From positions 97,587-161,586 of the forward strand of contig CAWFFC010000026.1 of the NCBI GenBank assembly GCA_963815035.1: a DNA stretch of 64,000 nucleotides. The letters run 5' to 3'. The position numbers and the translations under genes were made by a program. Positions within the stretch are counted from its first letter, which is position 1. Each line of letters begins with the position of its first letter. The notes below the pieces were generated by a model that had not been told where the DNA came from, did no database searches, and saw nothing but the letters and a program-made list of their open reading frames with translations. Shown one piece after another: positions 1 to 9,719 of the stretch. Source of the stretch: an uncultured Gemmataceae bacterium. GTDB lineage: Bacteria; Planctomycetota; Planctomycetia; Gemmatales; Gemmataceae.

Positions 1-2543
1 TCCCTGATCGATTTGATAAATCAAGTCGCCAAGCTTGATCGGGTCGCCCTGAACGGCCAGGCCGAGCGTTTGCTGCCAGCGAATCTCGCCGGACTTGGCA
101 TCGACCGCCGTCGCCAACCAGGCCGGCGGCGACGTGGTCTGCGTCACCACGAACAGGGTCTTGCGATCGTCGCTGACTTGCGCCGCATGCAAGGGCGTTC
201 CCAGTTTCAAAGGAGCGGGCCAACGCAGCGCCAGCCGCCTTCCCTCTTTTCGGTCGAAACCCATGGTTTCGTAGATCAACTCGCCATGTGCGATGTACCA
301 AAAATCATTTTCTTCCGCGTGCACCACCAGTCCGCGGCCCTCGCGAACGCTGCCCTCCTTTGGCTGCTCCATGATCAATGAAAACATCGCCGGATCCTGA
401 TTGTCCTTTTGATTGATTCCCAACAAGGCGAAGGCGCCAGCGTCCGTCACGACCGCGATTTTTTCCTGATCGCAAACCGGCGGGAACCAGGACCAGCCGG
501 GCAACGGCGCCTCGACGCCGGGAATCGCCCGGGCAGTCTGGTCGAGTTTGCCGGGAATTTCGAAGGAACGCAATTTCATGGCGTTGAAGCCGTCGCTCAC
601 CGGCAGGATCAAATAGGAAATTCCGACCGGCTGTCCGGCGTCGTCCACACCGCCGACGACGACCGGCTCGCCGCGAAGCGACCCGGGCCCGTGATTGGTC
701 GCCAGCATCGCCACCATCGCCAGCGGTTGCTCTTGCCGGGTGTCGAGGACATAAACGTTTTGACTGTCCGCGGGCAGGAAAATCAGGCCCGACGATTCCT
801 GCTTGGCCGCGCCGGGGCCGAGTCGCTGGCCGACCGAAATCTGGCCCCGGATGCTGCCATCGCTCGACTCCATCACCACGACCGTTCCGTTGTCATCGGT
901 CAGCGGCACGTAAAGCCGACGCTCCATGTAGATTGGTTGTCCGCGGATCGGGAAGGGAAGTTCCTGATGCCAAACAAATTTGCCGGTAAAGGCCTCGCGG
1001 GCGATCAGACCCTGGCCATTCGGCGTGGGCGCCAGGACCGTCTCGGGCGTGCGGCCGGCGGCCGGAATTCGCAGCGGCAATCCGGCCGAATCGATGCCGA
1101 TTCGGGTGGCCCAGAGGATCTTGCCGCGCGATTGCGACAGCGCATAAAGCACTCCGCGCGACGCGGCGAACACCACCTTGTTGTCGTCCACCTTGGCGTC
1201 GGCATTCGCGCCGATCAGCAACGAAACCAGTCCAGCGACCGGCTCCGACTTCGGCGGAACGTCGGCCGCCACAAACACGATCCGCGCGAATTTTCGCCTC
1301 CGCGCTGTCGAATCGGTCGATCACTTCCGGCTTCGAACCGTAGCCCAGACGATTGGCATTGGTTCTCAAAACGGTCAATTTCGCCGGGTTCAATTCCTTG
1401 GCCAGATCGGCGTCGAGTTCGGAGATGAAGTCTCGATACTTCTCGCCCTCCTCGATCGCGTCATTCAACTTGGCATATTCCTGCGACAATTCGGCCGGAA
1501 CCGACGGTTGGATATTCGGTGGGGAATATCGGTTGATATAAGCCTGCGTCTCGACTGCCTTTTTGTAATCGCGTCGCGCCGCCACAAAGTCCTTTTCCGC
1601 GCCGGCAATGTCCTTCTTGGCGTCACGAATCTGATCCTCGGCGATGCGAATCAGTGCATTACGAATCTCGTCCTGCCGCTCGGTGACCGCGCTTTTGTTC
1701 GGGTCCTCGCTCTTGTCGAAGCTGATCAAATACGTGGTGAAATCGTTGAGGCGCTTGCTCGCCTCGTCGCTCGGATTGGTCGCGTTTTCCATGGCCCGGC
1801 AGAAATCGCGGAGCAACCGGTATTTGCTGAGGTCCTTGCTGTTTGGATAGCCCTTCAGCAGATCATCGTACTGTTGGGAGGCCTGCCGATATTTCTTGCC
1901 GCTGATCAATTCATTGGCTTCCTTTGCCAACTCGGTTTCCCGGCGTTTGTGGCTTTGTTTGTAAACCAGTAATCCGGCGATCATGCCGACGACGACTAGA
2001 ATCAGCATCCCCACGATGGCGACTGGAATCCAGCGGCGCTTGGGCCGGTGGTAGCCATGCAAGTACGAGTCGTAGTCGGCGCCGGCGTCGTCCGCCTCGG
2101 TGACCTCGTAAACCTCCTCGACGATCTCGGCCTCGGCCGGGAGGGTGTAGTCGTCGCCGTTGGTGATCTGCGGCGCCAGGCCCATAAACGCCAGGACCTC
2201 GTCGGCGCTGGCGCGATCCTCGGCGGCCGCGGTGGGCTGTTCAATCGGCCGCGACGCGGCGGGCTGCCGTACGGGCGGGGGCGGCATTTTTGACCAGTCC
2301 GCCTCAGGTGACGCTTCCATTCGCGCCGGCGTCACTTCTTCCACATCGTTTTCGAACGTGGGCGCCCGGCGATCCCGCGGAGTGTTTTTCACTGCGCACC
2401 GGCGCGTCCGCGACCCCGGGGGCCTCCCGAACCTCAAAAACCTCGCGGCATGCCTTATTCGTGCAACGAATTCGTTGGCCGATCAGGGCGGAATCAAATT
2501 GATAACGATTCTGGCACTTCGGGCACAGAGCATTGATCTGCAC
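1..2543 (-). CDS. Membrane-anchored PQQ-like beta-propeller (BamB-like) protein with an N-terminal MJ0042-type zinc ribbon; the C-terminus runs off the left edge. Two apparent frameshifts, near 1270 and 2420, so it may be a pseudogene
   Basis: ORF 2304..2543(-) starts MQINALCPKCQNRYQF..RCTNKACREVF, a C-x2-C...C-x4-C zinc ribbon. ORF 893..2437(-) has an acidic linker, a TM helix (WIPVAIVGMLILVVVGMIAGLLVY) and a helical region. A manual reverse translation of 1..1290 in a third frame gives a coherent propeller sequence (..VVFAASRGVLYALSQSRGKILWAT..AVDAKSGEIRWQQTLGLAVQGD..) with no stop before position 1. The opposite-strand ORFs 13..381 and 409..1428 are R-rich junk. Confidence 0.55.
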
Positions 2544-2662
2544 GGCGGCGTCTCGTCAACGGAAAAAATTGGGCCGATAGCTACATTCTGCCTCTTGGAA
2601 TCAACGCTGACAAGTGTTGAAGCCATTTCATTCTCGGTCGCCCGAATCGGCCCGCCATCAAT

Positions 2663-3097
2663 TCAGCGCGCCGGCTTGTTTTCAACTCGCCAAGTCACTG
2701 CCTTCGGAATCACAAATGCTCGCACGTGCCCGCGAAGATCTTTGGTCAAACCGTGTTGAAAGTGAAACACGATCACCTCGCCGTTGTCGCCCCGTTCGAC
2801 CGACGGAATCAGTTTGTCGCCTCCCGACCCGGACCAGGCGAAGTAGAGCACTTTCTGCGTCGCGAAGTCGGCATCGGTCTTGATGCGGTCGCGCGCTTCC
2901 TTGTTGGCAACCGCCTTGTCCAACTCGTCGAGGCTGGTGATCACCGCCGGACGTTCGACTCGCCCCCGAGGCCGCCCAAACTTCAAGCCTTTGAAATCGA
3001 TTTCCTTCACGTGCGTCTTGTCTTCATTCTTCGAATCGTCGGCCAGAATCGCGAGCGGCATCGCGGCCGCGAGAATGACAACCATCGCCATTCGCAT
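2663..3097 (-). CDS. Secreted hypothetical protein (signal peptide MRMAMVVILAAAMPLAILA)
   Basis: 144-aa ORF with a clean N-terminal signal peptide and protein-like composition; the overlapping opposite-strand ORFs are R/S-rich. Confidence 0.55.
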   Translation of the reverse strand: MRMAMVVILAAAMPLAILADDSKNEDKTHVKEIDFKGLKFGRPRGRVERPAVITSLDELDKAVANKEARDRIKTDADFATQKVLYFAWSGSGGDKLIPSVERGDNGEVIVFHFQHGLTKDLRGHVRAFVIPKAVTWRVENKPAR

Positions 3098-3198
3098 GAT
3101 TGGATCTCCGCTGGTGGAATCAATCGGGACTTAAAAATGGCCCTCCGTTGACTATTCTAACCCGGTTGTTCACGGAACGCGTCCCTGGGAATCATCAA

Positions 3199-4454
3199 AT
3201 GAATGCCAGTCGATTGAAAGGCCGGACCATTGCCTTCGCGGCGTCCGGCGGACTCGATAGCTGCACCATAACCAAATGGCTCAGCGAACTCGGGGTCCAG
3301 GTCGCCTGTTTCACCGCCGACCTCGCCCAGCCCGACGAAACCGATTTCGACGACGTTCGCAAGCGCATGTTGGCGTGCGGGGCCGTCGAATTCGTTCGTG
3401 TTCCCCTACAAGACGCCATCGCCGAGGCCGGTCTGGAAGTGATTCAGGCCCAGGCCTGCTATGAGGGCCGCTACTGGAACACGACCGGCATCGCCCGGCA
3501 CGTGCTCGTGGCCGGCACGATCCCCGAAATGCGCAAGCGCGAAATTGTCGGTCTTCAGCCACGGCGCCACCGGCCGAGGCAACGATCAGGTCCGCTTCCA
3601 GCTCGCCACCAACATGCTCGCGCCGGATTTCGAGGTCTACGCTCCGTGGCGGGACGAGGAATTCCTCAACCGCTTTCGCGGTCGCAAGGAGATGATCGAA
3701 TACTGCCAATCCTATAAGCTGCCGATCAAGGCAACGCTCAACTCGCCCTATTCCACCGATGCGAACCTGTTGGGGCTAACTCACGAGGCGGGCAAGCTCG
3801 AATCGCTCGACACGCCGCCCCTATTCATCACGCCCGGCATGGGGGTGCATGCCCACGACGCCCCGGACAAACATGAAAAAGTGACCGTGCGCTTTGAACA
3901 CGGCCGGCCCGTCGCCATCAATGGCGAAAATGTCAACGCCCACCAGGCGATCAGTCGCGCCAACCAGATCGGCGGCCGTCACGGCATCGGCATCGGCTAT
4001 CACCTGGTCGAAAACCGTTTCGTCGGCATCAAATCCCGCGGTGTTTATGAGGCGCCCGGCATGGAATTGCTCGGCTCCTGCTACGCCTACTTGCTCCAGT
4101 TGATTTTGGATCGACGCGCCCGCGAGTTTTTCGATCAACTGTCGCTGCTGATCGCCAAGCAAATCTATCAGGGCTACTTTTTCGATTTTTGCTCGCGCAT
4201 GGCGCGAGGCCCTGCGGCCGGTCACCGAGCTAGTCACGGGCGTCGTCGTCGTGAGCCTGCACAAGGGGAATGTGATTTTCGCCTCGGCGAAAGACGTGCC
4301 GCACTCGTTGTACTCGGAGGCGAACGCCTCGATGGAGGCGATCGGCGAATTCAACCATGCCGATTCGGAAGGCTTGCTGCGCATGCTCGGCGTCAGCGCC
4401 CGAGCCCTGGCCGCGGCGGGACAGATCAAACCGCCGCAGGCAACCTGGGGATAG
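3199..4454 (+). CDS. argG: Argininosuccinate synthase (E. coli-type ArgG), interrupted by two frameshifts (~3545 and ~4185)
   Basis: KGRTIAFAASGGLDSC..ADLAQPDE (N-type ATP pyrophosphatase motif). Continues in another frame with HGATGRGNDQVRFQ..LTHEAG..NRFVGIKSRGVYEAPG, then in a third frame RPVTELVTGVVVVSLHKGNV... Segments come from ORFs 3100..3717, 3461..4981 and 4251..4454. Confidence 0.85.
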
Positions 4455-4525
4455 AAAACCTCGTTCACGGTTCGCGCCCGCTGGCCAAACGCCCGCGAAA
4501 CGCAAACGTGGCAAGATCCATATTG

Positions 4526-5941
4526 CTAGGCCAGCCCCAGCCTCATCCCTGCGTCCGGCAGCAGCACCTCGTCAAAACCCACTCCCCTCAGCGCCTCGGC
4601 CATCGCTTCCGAGCGCCGGTTTTCGCCGTGCACCAGGCAGACACGTTTCACTTTGCCGATGAGCGGTTTGAGATAGGCCAGAAAATCTTCTTGGTCGGCG
4701 TGGCCGGAGAAGCCGTCAAGATGAACGATCTCGGCCCACTTGTTCCACTCCTTTCCATGGAAGCGAATGGTAGGGCCGGTATCGAGCATTCGCCGGCCAG
4801 CTGTACCATACGCCTGATAACTCACCAGCACGACGCTGCAGCGCGGATCGTCGATATGGTGCTTAAGATGCTGCACGATTCGGCCCGCCTCGCACATGCC
4901 GCTCGCCGCCACGATGATTCCCGGCCCGGAGCGGGCGCTGATTTGCTGGCTCTCCTCGTACGAGCGAACGTACCGGACTAGCGGTCCCCCGAGATACTCG
5001 GGATCTTGATCCAGCGCACGAACCGCCGCCGGGTCCAAGGCCTCGGGATGTTCGCGGTAAACGTCGGCGATGTGGGCCGCCAGCGGGCTGTCGACGACGA
5101 TCGTCTGCCGGGGAATCCGGCCGTCGCGAATTGCTTCGCAAAGAAAGTGCACCACCAGTTGCGTTCTCCCGAGGCTGAAGGCAGGGATGAGAACCTTGCC
5201 GCCGCGCTCAAATGTCCGTTGAACCACGTCGACCAGCCGCTGCGACGTCCGTTCGATCGGCTCGTGCACATGCCCGCCGTATGTGCTCTCGCAAAGGATC
5301 GTGTGGGCAGGCGGAATGGTCGAGGTAGGGCGTAGAATCGGCATTTGGCGGCGGCCGACATCACCGGTGAAGGTGAGCGACCCGGCGCCGGCTAAGTTCA
5401 GGTGCACGATGGCTGAGCCGATGATGTGGCCCGCTTCGTGAAGCGTCAAGAAAATGCCCGGCAGAATTTCCCGGCGTTGATTGCACAACAGTCCGACGGC
5501 CTGGGATGCCGCGTCCTCGGCGTCGCCGCGCGTGTAGAGCGGTTGCTGCCACGGCTCGCGGAAGCGCCGCTCGATGTTGGCGTGCGCCGCGTCTTCTTCC
5601 TGAATTCGCGCGGAATCCTCGAGCATGATGCTGATCAGGTCGCGCGTCGCCGGCGTGCAGTAAATCGGTCCGCGAAAGCCCTGCCGCACCAACGATGGCA
5701 AATTGCCGCAATGGTCGACGTGGGCGTGGCTAAGAACGACCGCGTCGATTTGATGCGCATGAAAAGGGAAGCGGCTGTTTCGCCGCCGCGCGTCCTCGGA
5801 TCGCCCCTGCGTCAGACCGCAATCGAGGAGGATTCGTCGCCCCTCGGCTTCGATTAGATGCATCGAACCGGTGATCGAACGAGCGGCGCCCCAGAACGTG
5901 ATCGTTGCCGTCGTTTTCGGCACATCAAGCGAATCTCCCAT
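4526..5941 (-). CDS. MBL-fold metallo-hydrolase with a beta-CASP / RNA-metabolising domain (RNase J-like)
   Basis: Intact 471-aa ORF with the HAHVDHCG metallo-beta-lactamase motif and a C-terminal beta-CASP-like region (..GFSGHAD..). Confidence 0.85.
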   Translation of the reverse strand: MGDSLDVPKTTATITFWGAARSITGSMHLIEAEGRRILLDCGLTQGRSEDARRRNSRFPFHAHQIDAVVLSHAHVDHCGNLPSLVRQGFRGPIYCTPATRDLISIMLEDSARIQEEDAAHANIERRFREPWQQPLYTRGDAEDAASQAVGLLCNQRREILPGIFLTLHEAGHIIGSAIVHLNLAGAGSLTFTGDVGRRQMPILRPTSTIPPAHTILCESTYGGHVHEPIERTSQRLVDVVQRTFERGGKVLIPAFSLGRTQLVVHFLCEAIRDGRIPRQTIVVDSPLAAHIADVYREHPEALDPAAVRALDQDPEYLGGPLVRYVRSYEESQQISARSGPGIIVAASGMCEAGRIVQHLKHHIDDPRCSVVLVSYQAYGTAGRRMLDTGPTIRFHGKEWNKWAEIVHLDGFSGHADQEDFLAYLKPLIGKVKRVCLVHGENRRSEAMAEALRGVGFDEVLLPDAGMRLGLA

Positions 5942-6066
5942 ATCTCGATTATAACGACATCATTGCGCCTGGCGACCAAGTCGCGCCTGGTCCGCGAATC
6001 AATCAAGGCCATAATGCACAGCGAGAGGAAAGCTTGCTGCATCGACGCGAAACGGAGACCTAAGAA

Positions 6067-6888
6067 ATGCGAACTCGAGTAACACCCTGGGTTTTGAGCA
6101 GCGTGGTGGCGCTGGCGGCCACATTGCCGGCGATGGCGAAACTGGAAATCACCGACATTAAGGCCGTCCACGGACCGCTTGGCCCCGAACGCCCGGACCA
6201 AACCAAGCTCGAGGTCTATCCCGGTGAAGAGTTATATTTCAGGTACAAGATCAATGGCGTCGGCGCCGACGAGAAGGGAAACCTCAGCGGCAGCCTCCAA
6301 GTGAAAGTTTTCGATAGCGAAGGCAAGGTTCGGCTCGATCAACCGACGCCGATGCGGGGAATGCTTGCGTTGGGCGGCTCGACGCTTCCGGGCACGGTGC
6401 GCTTTGGCTTCGAACCCAACGTCAAACCGGGAAAATACAAAGTCGTGCTCGTGGTCAACGACAAGCTTCGTGAGGAAACCGCCCGCTTCGAGCGCGAAGT
6501 GACGGTGAAACCGACCGCCTTCGCCGTCATCAATTCGAATTTCTTCTTCGACAAGGACGGCAAAATTCCGGCGCCGGCCGGCGGATACCTCGGCCAGACG
6601 CTTTTTTTTCGCCTGAATGTCATCGGTTTCGACAAGAGCGATAAAAAGATTCGGACGAAAATGACCATGCAGTTCCTGGACAAAAACGGCCGTGAACTGT
6701 TGCCGCAAGCGGTTCACGCACTGATTTCCATCGACAAACCGGAGCAAGTCGAAAAAATCAACTTGCTTACATTCAACGGCAACATTTCGCTGAACCGGGT
6801 CGGGGAATACACCATGCGCATGGTGTTCGATGACGAGCTAGCGAACAAGAAAACGACGTTTGATGCCAAACTCAATGTTCGCGAGTAA
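6067..6888 (+). CDS. Secreted hypothetical protein made of two tandem ~120-aa beta-sandwich-like repeats
   Basis: Signal peptide MRTRVTPWVLSSVVALAATLPAMA. Internal duplication (..KVFDSEGKV..GKYKVVLVVNDKLREE.. and ..FLDKNGRELL..GEYTMRMVFDDELANKK..). Confidence 0.65.
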   Translation: MRTRVTPWVLSSVVALAATLPAMAKLEITDIKAVHGPLGPERPDQTKLEVYPGEELYFRYKINGVGADEKGNLSGSLQVKVFDSEGKVRLDQPTPMRGMLALGGSTLPGTVRFGFEPNVKPGKYKVVLVVNDKLREETARFEREVTVKPTAFAVINSNFFFDKDGKIPAPAGGYLGQTLFFRLNVIGFDKSDKKIRTKMTMQFLDKNGRELLPQAVHALISIDKPEQVEKINLLTFNGNISLNRVGEYTMRMVFDDELANKKTTFDAKLNVRE

Positions 6889-6889
6889 G

Positions 6890-7858
6890 TCAGGCGGCGC
6901 GCGAGCGCATTGAGGCGATTTCCAACACCGTCAATTCGCGGATCAACTCGGCGCTATGCGGCCGATTGGCCGGATGGCGAGCCAGCAACCGCCGCAGCAG
7001 TCGCGGCAGCGCCGGCGGCCACGGCCCCATCTGGTCGCGGAGGTCGGCGGGCCGATTCTTCAGGTGCGCTCGCAGCGTTTCGGCCATCGCCGCCGCTTCA
7101 AAGGGTAACTCGCCGGTGAGCAATTCGTAGATCATCACGCCGAGGCTGAAGAGGTCGGCGCGGCCGTCGGCGTTCGCATTCAGGTCGCAGATTTCCGGGG
7201 CGAGATAATTCGCCGTGCCCAGGATCAGCCCGCGTTCAAGAAACTCCGCGTTTTCGCCAGGCCGGTGCGCGAAACCCAAGTCGATAAGCACCGCCGCCCC
7301 GGCGCCGGTCAGCCGCACGTTATCGGGCTTCACGTCGCCATGCACGAAACCGGCCAAGTGCAGCGCCGAAAGCGCTTCGGCGACTTGCCGGGCAATCCAT
7401 ATCGCCGAATTGACGCTCAGCCGATATTCACGACGCAGCCGCGCCCGCAACGACTCGCCGGGCAGTAAATCCATGGCCAGGAAGTAGGGCCGCTCGTGCG
7501 TGTGATTGTCGCGAACGCGAATGAGATGCGGATGGGCGACGGACGTGGCGACTAGCGCTTCGCGCTGTAGCAGCGTCAACGCCGACTTGGAATATCCTGA
7601 ATCGCGTCGCGGCAACTTCACCGCGACCCGCCGCCCCGCAAAATCAATTCCGGACCAGACGACCGTGAACGGTCCACCGCCGAGCGGCTCAATCATTTCA
7701 TAGCCGGGAATGCGCGGCAACGGTTCCATATCGGAACAATCGGCATAACCGCGCCAGAAGTTTAATTGCTTGCGACGGGGGGAGTTTGCTCCGCGAAAGC
7801 ACTGCTTGGCCGCCAGCGACGCTTTTGAATAATGGCGGAATCGACCATAGCCGGCCAA
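6890..7858 (-). CDS. Ser/Thr protein kinase (non-RD, HGDVKPDN), catalytic domain only; the true start is probably near 7729
   Basis: YEMIEPLGGGPFTVVWSG..VAVK (Gly loop and VAIK-like), HGDVKPDN, DLGFA, APE motifs; no C-terminal extension. Confidence 0.8.
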   Translation of the reverse strand: MAGYGRFRHYSKASLAAKQCFRGANSPRRKQLNFWRGYADCSDMEPLPRIPGYEMIEPLGGGPFTVVWSGIDFAGRRVAVKLPRRDSGYSKSALTLLQREALVATSVAHPHLIRVRDNHTHERPYFLAMDLLPGESLRARLRREYRLSVNSAIWIARQVAEALSALHLAGFVHGDVKPDNVRLTGAGAAVLIDLGFAHRPGENAEFLERGLILGTANYLAPEICDLNANADGRADLFSLGVMIYELLTGELPFEAAAMAETLRAHLKNRPADLRDQMGPWPPALPRLLRRLLARHPANRPHSAELIRELTVLEIASMRSRAA

Positions 7859-8192
7859 GCAGTGGCAATCCGGAGTTCACGGCAGCATCGATCCAGCATC
7901 GATCCAACATCGATCCAACATCGATTGCCACTGCTTGGCCGCGCGTCCGGGCTTCGCTAGTCATCAAGAGACTTGCCACGCGGCCAAGCAGTGCTGTCAG
8001 AACACTAATCTTGCGACGGAGAGTGGCGTAGTCGCTCCGCGAAAGCACTGCTAGGCCGCCAGCGATGCTTTTGAACAATGGCGAATCGACCGAATTCACG
8101 TCAGCATCGATTGCCACTGCTTGGCCGCGCGTCCTGACTTCACCGCCCATCAATGACTTACCACGCGGCCAAGCAGTGCCGTCAGAACTCGA
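7766..8192. repeat. Tandem array of ~185-245-bp repeat units, each carrying inverted copies of the core GCACTGCTTGGCCGC / GCGGCCAAGCAGTGC plus an 11-bp microsatellite (CATCGATCCAA x3); MITE/REP-like
   Basis: Units start at 7766 and 8009, with a partial third unit at 8193. The core motif occurs 7 times here and twice more at 59528/59584. The overlapping 195-aa ORF 7698..8285(-) has internal repeats that simply mirror the DNA repeats. Confidence 0.8.
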
Positions 8193-8218
8193 ATCTTGCG
8201 ACGGGGGAGTCGCGTAGG

Positions 8219-8289
8219 GTGGGTCGAGCATGGATGCGAGGCCCACCGGTCGGCATGGTGGGCCTCGCATCCATGCTCGACCCACCCTA
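8219..8289. terminator. Perfect 31-bp-stem GC-rich hairpin immediately 3' of the nucleoside symporter gene
   Basis: GGGTGGGTCGAGCATGGATGCGAGGCCCACC-ggtcggcat-GGTGGGCCTCGCATCCATGCTCGACCCACCC. Confidence 0.5.
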
Positions 8290-8306
8290 CGCTTGTCTAC
8301 GGTGTG

Positions 8307-9641
8307 TCACACCGGCACGTCGGAATCCTTCTTTTTCGGCGGGTGGAAAAACAAGAGCAGAATCAATGCCGCGATCAATGCCATCCCCGCCGGGAACAGA
8401 AACCAAGTTCGAAACTGCTCCTTCGGCGTGCCCTCGGGGAAGAACTTGCTGATTTGCCCGCACAAAAAGTTCCCCATCAGCGGCCCGGCGCCGAGAATCA
8501 GCATGTTGAAGAGCCCCTGCGCGCTGGAGCGAATGTCTTTGGGAAAGAACTCATCGACGAAGATGTAAACCGTGGCAAAGAAAAACGCGTAGCAAATGCC
8601 ATGCACCATATTGACGGCGACCGCCGGGGCGACCGCCGGGAAGAAAGCGAAAATAGTAAAGCGCGCCGCGTGTCCGAGAATCCCGATCACCATTGTCAGC
8701 CGCCAGCCAAGCGACTTCAAAACGTAGCCGAGCACGGCCATGGTTAGAATCTCGGCGATCTGGCCGACGCTCATTGCGGGCATGATCCAGTTGCCCGGCA
8801 CTCCCGCGGCTTTTTCCAGATAACTTCCGGTCCAGTAGAAATACATTTGAAGAATCGTGGCGTCAAAAAAAGTCACGATGAAGAGCACGAGCACGAACGG
8901 ATGGCGAAGCAGCGATAAGGCCTCGGCCCACGCCAACTTTGCTCCGCCCGATTGGCTGGCCGGCTTCGGTGGGACGTTCGGCAATGTCAAGGCAACGAGC
9001 GACAGAAGCAGCGACGCGGCGCCCGCGGCGATGAAGGTGTAACTGGTTGCATGGCGAAGTTCGTCGCCTTTCAGGGAACTGCCCAACGCATCGCCAAGCC
9101 ACTTGACGACGCCAACGTCCGCCATTTTTGGAACGTGGTCCCAGTCGACGAGAACGAACACCATTGGCCATGCCGCCGCGATCCAGCCGATCGTGCCCCA
9201 CATTCGCAGCGGACCGAATTCCTTGGCCGGGTCCTTCAAATTCGCAAACGCAATCGAATTCACGATTGACATGGTCGGCACGTAAAAAAGCGTGTGCAGA
9301 GCCATCAGGCCGAAGAAGGCCCAAAAACTTGCGCTGGCCGCTCCCTCCGGCTTCTTGACCCAGAAGAGGCCAAGAATCGCCAAGCCGCCGATGAATTGGC
9401 TGAATGACAAGAATTTCTGCGCCGCGAAATTTCGATCGGCGAACTGATTGCTGAAAAACATCGCGATCAAGGCCGATACGTTGAACGCCGACAGGATGGC
9501 GAACTGCTCCGTGCCGTCAAATCCCAGGCTCGGCAGGTAGCCGAAGATCAACGGGAACCACGCCCCCCAAACAAAGAATTCCAAAAACATCATCATCGAC
9601 AGGCGCGTCTTCAGCAGCGGCAGATCTTCGTTCGCGGACAT
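8307..9641 (-). CDS. MFS nucleoside:H+ symporter (NupG/XapB family)
   Basis: Intact 444-aa ORF with 12 predicted TM helices; the N-terminal MMFLEFFVWGAWFPLIFGYL is typical of the Nuc_H_symport family. Confidence 0.8.
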   Translation of the reverse strand: MSANEDLPLLKTRLSMMMFLEFFVWGAWFPLIFGYLPSLGFDGTEQFAILSAFNVSALIAMFFSNQFADRNFAAQKFLSFSQFIGGLAILGLFWVKKPEGAASASFWAFFGLMALHTLFYVPTMSIVNSIAFANLKDPAKEFGPLRMWGTIGWIAAAWPMVFVLVDWDHVPKMADVGVVKWLGDALGSSLKGDELRHATSYTFIAAGAASLLLSLVALTLPNVPPKPASQSGGAKLAWAEALSLLRHPFVLVLFIVTFFDATILQMYFYWTGSYLEKAAGVPGNWIMPAMSVGQIAEILTMAVLGYVLKSLGWRLTMVIGILGHAARFTIFAFFPAVAPAVAVNMVHGICYAFFFATVYIFVDEFFPKDIRSSAQGLFNMLILGAGPLMGNFLCGQISKFFPEGTPKEQFRTWFLFPAGMALIAALILLLFFHPPKKKDSDVPV

Positions 9642-9719
9642 GGAATCGACTCCGGGAAATATCAGCAGGGAGCGTGAAAGTGAATGTAAAGGGCGAGAGG
9701 CCGCGGGGCAAATGGAAAA

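Noticed and set aside
13-1428. Plus-strand ORFs 13..381 and 409..1428 (122 and 339 aa)
   Set aside because: Arg/Gly-rich low-complexity translations. They are antisense to a coherent PQQ-propeller reading frame on the minus strand.
7698-8285. 195-aa minus-strand ORF spanning the repeat array
   Set aside because: Its internal peptide repeats (TRGQAVAID, LFKSxAGGxAVLSRS) just mirror the tandem DNA repeats. No start context, and it runs through palindromes.
7766-8290. CRISPR array?
   Set aside because: The repeats are ~180-245 bp long with internal palindromes and no regular short repeat-spacer periodicity, and there is no cas gene in the window.
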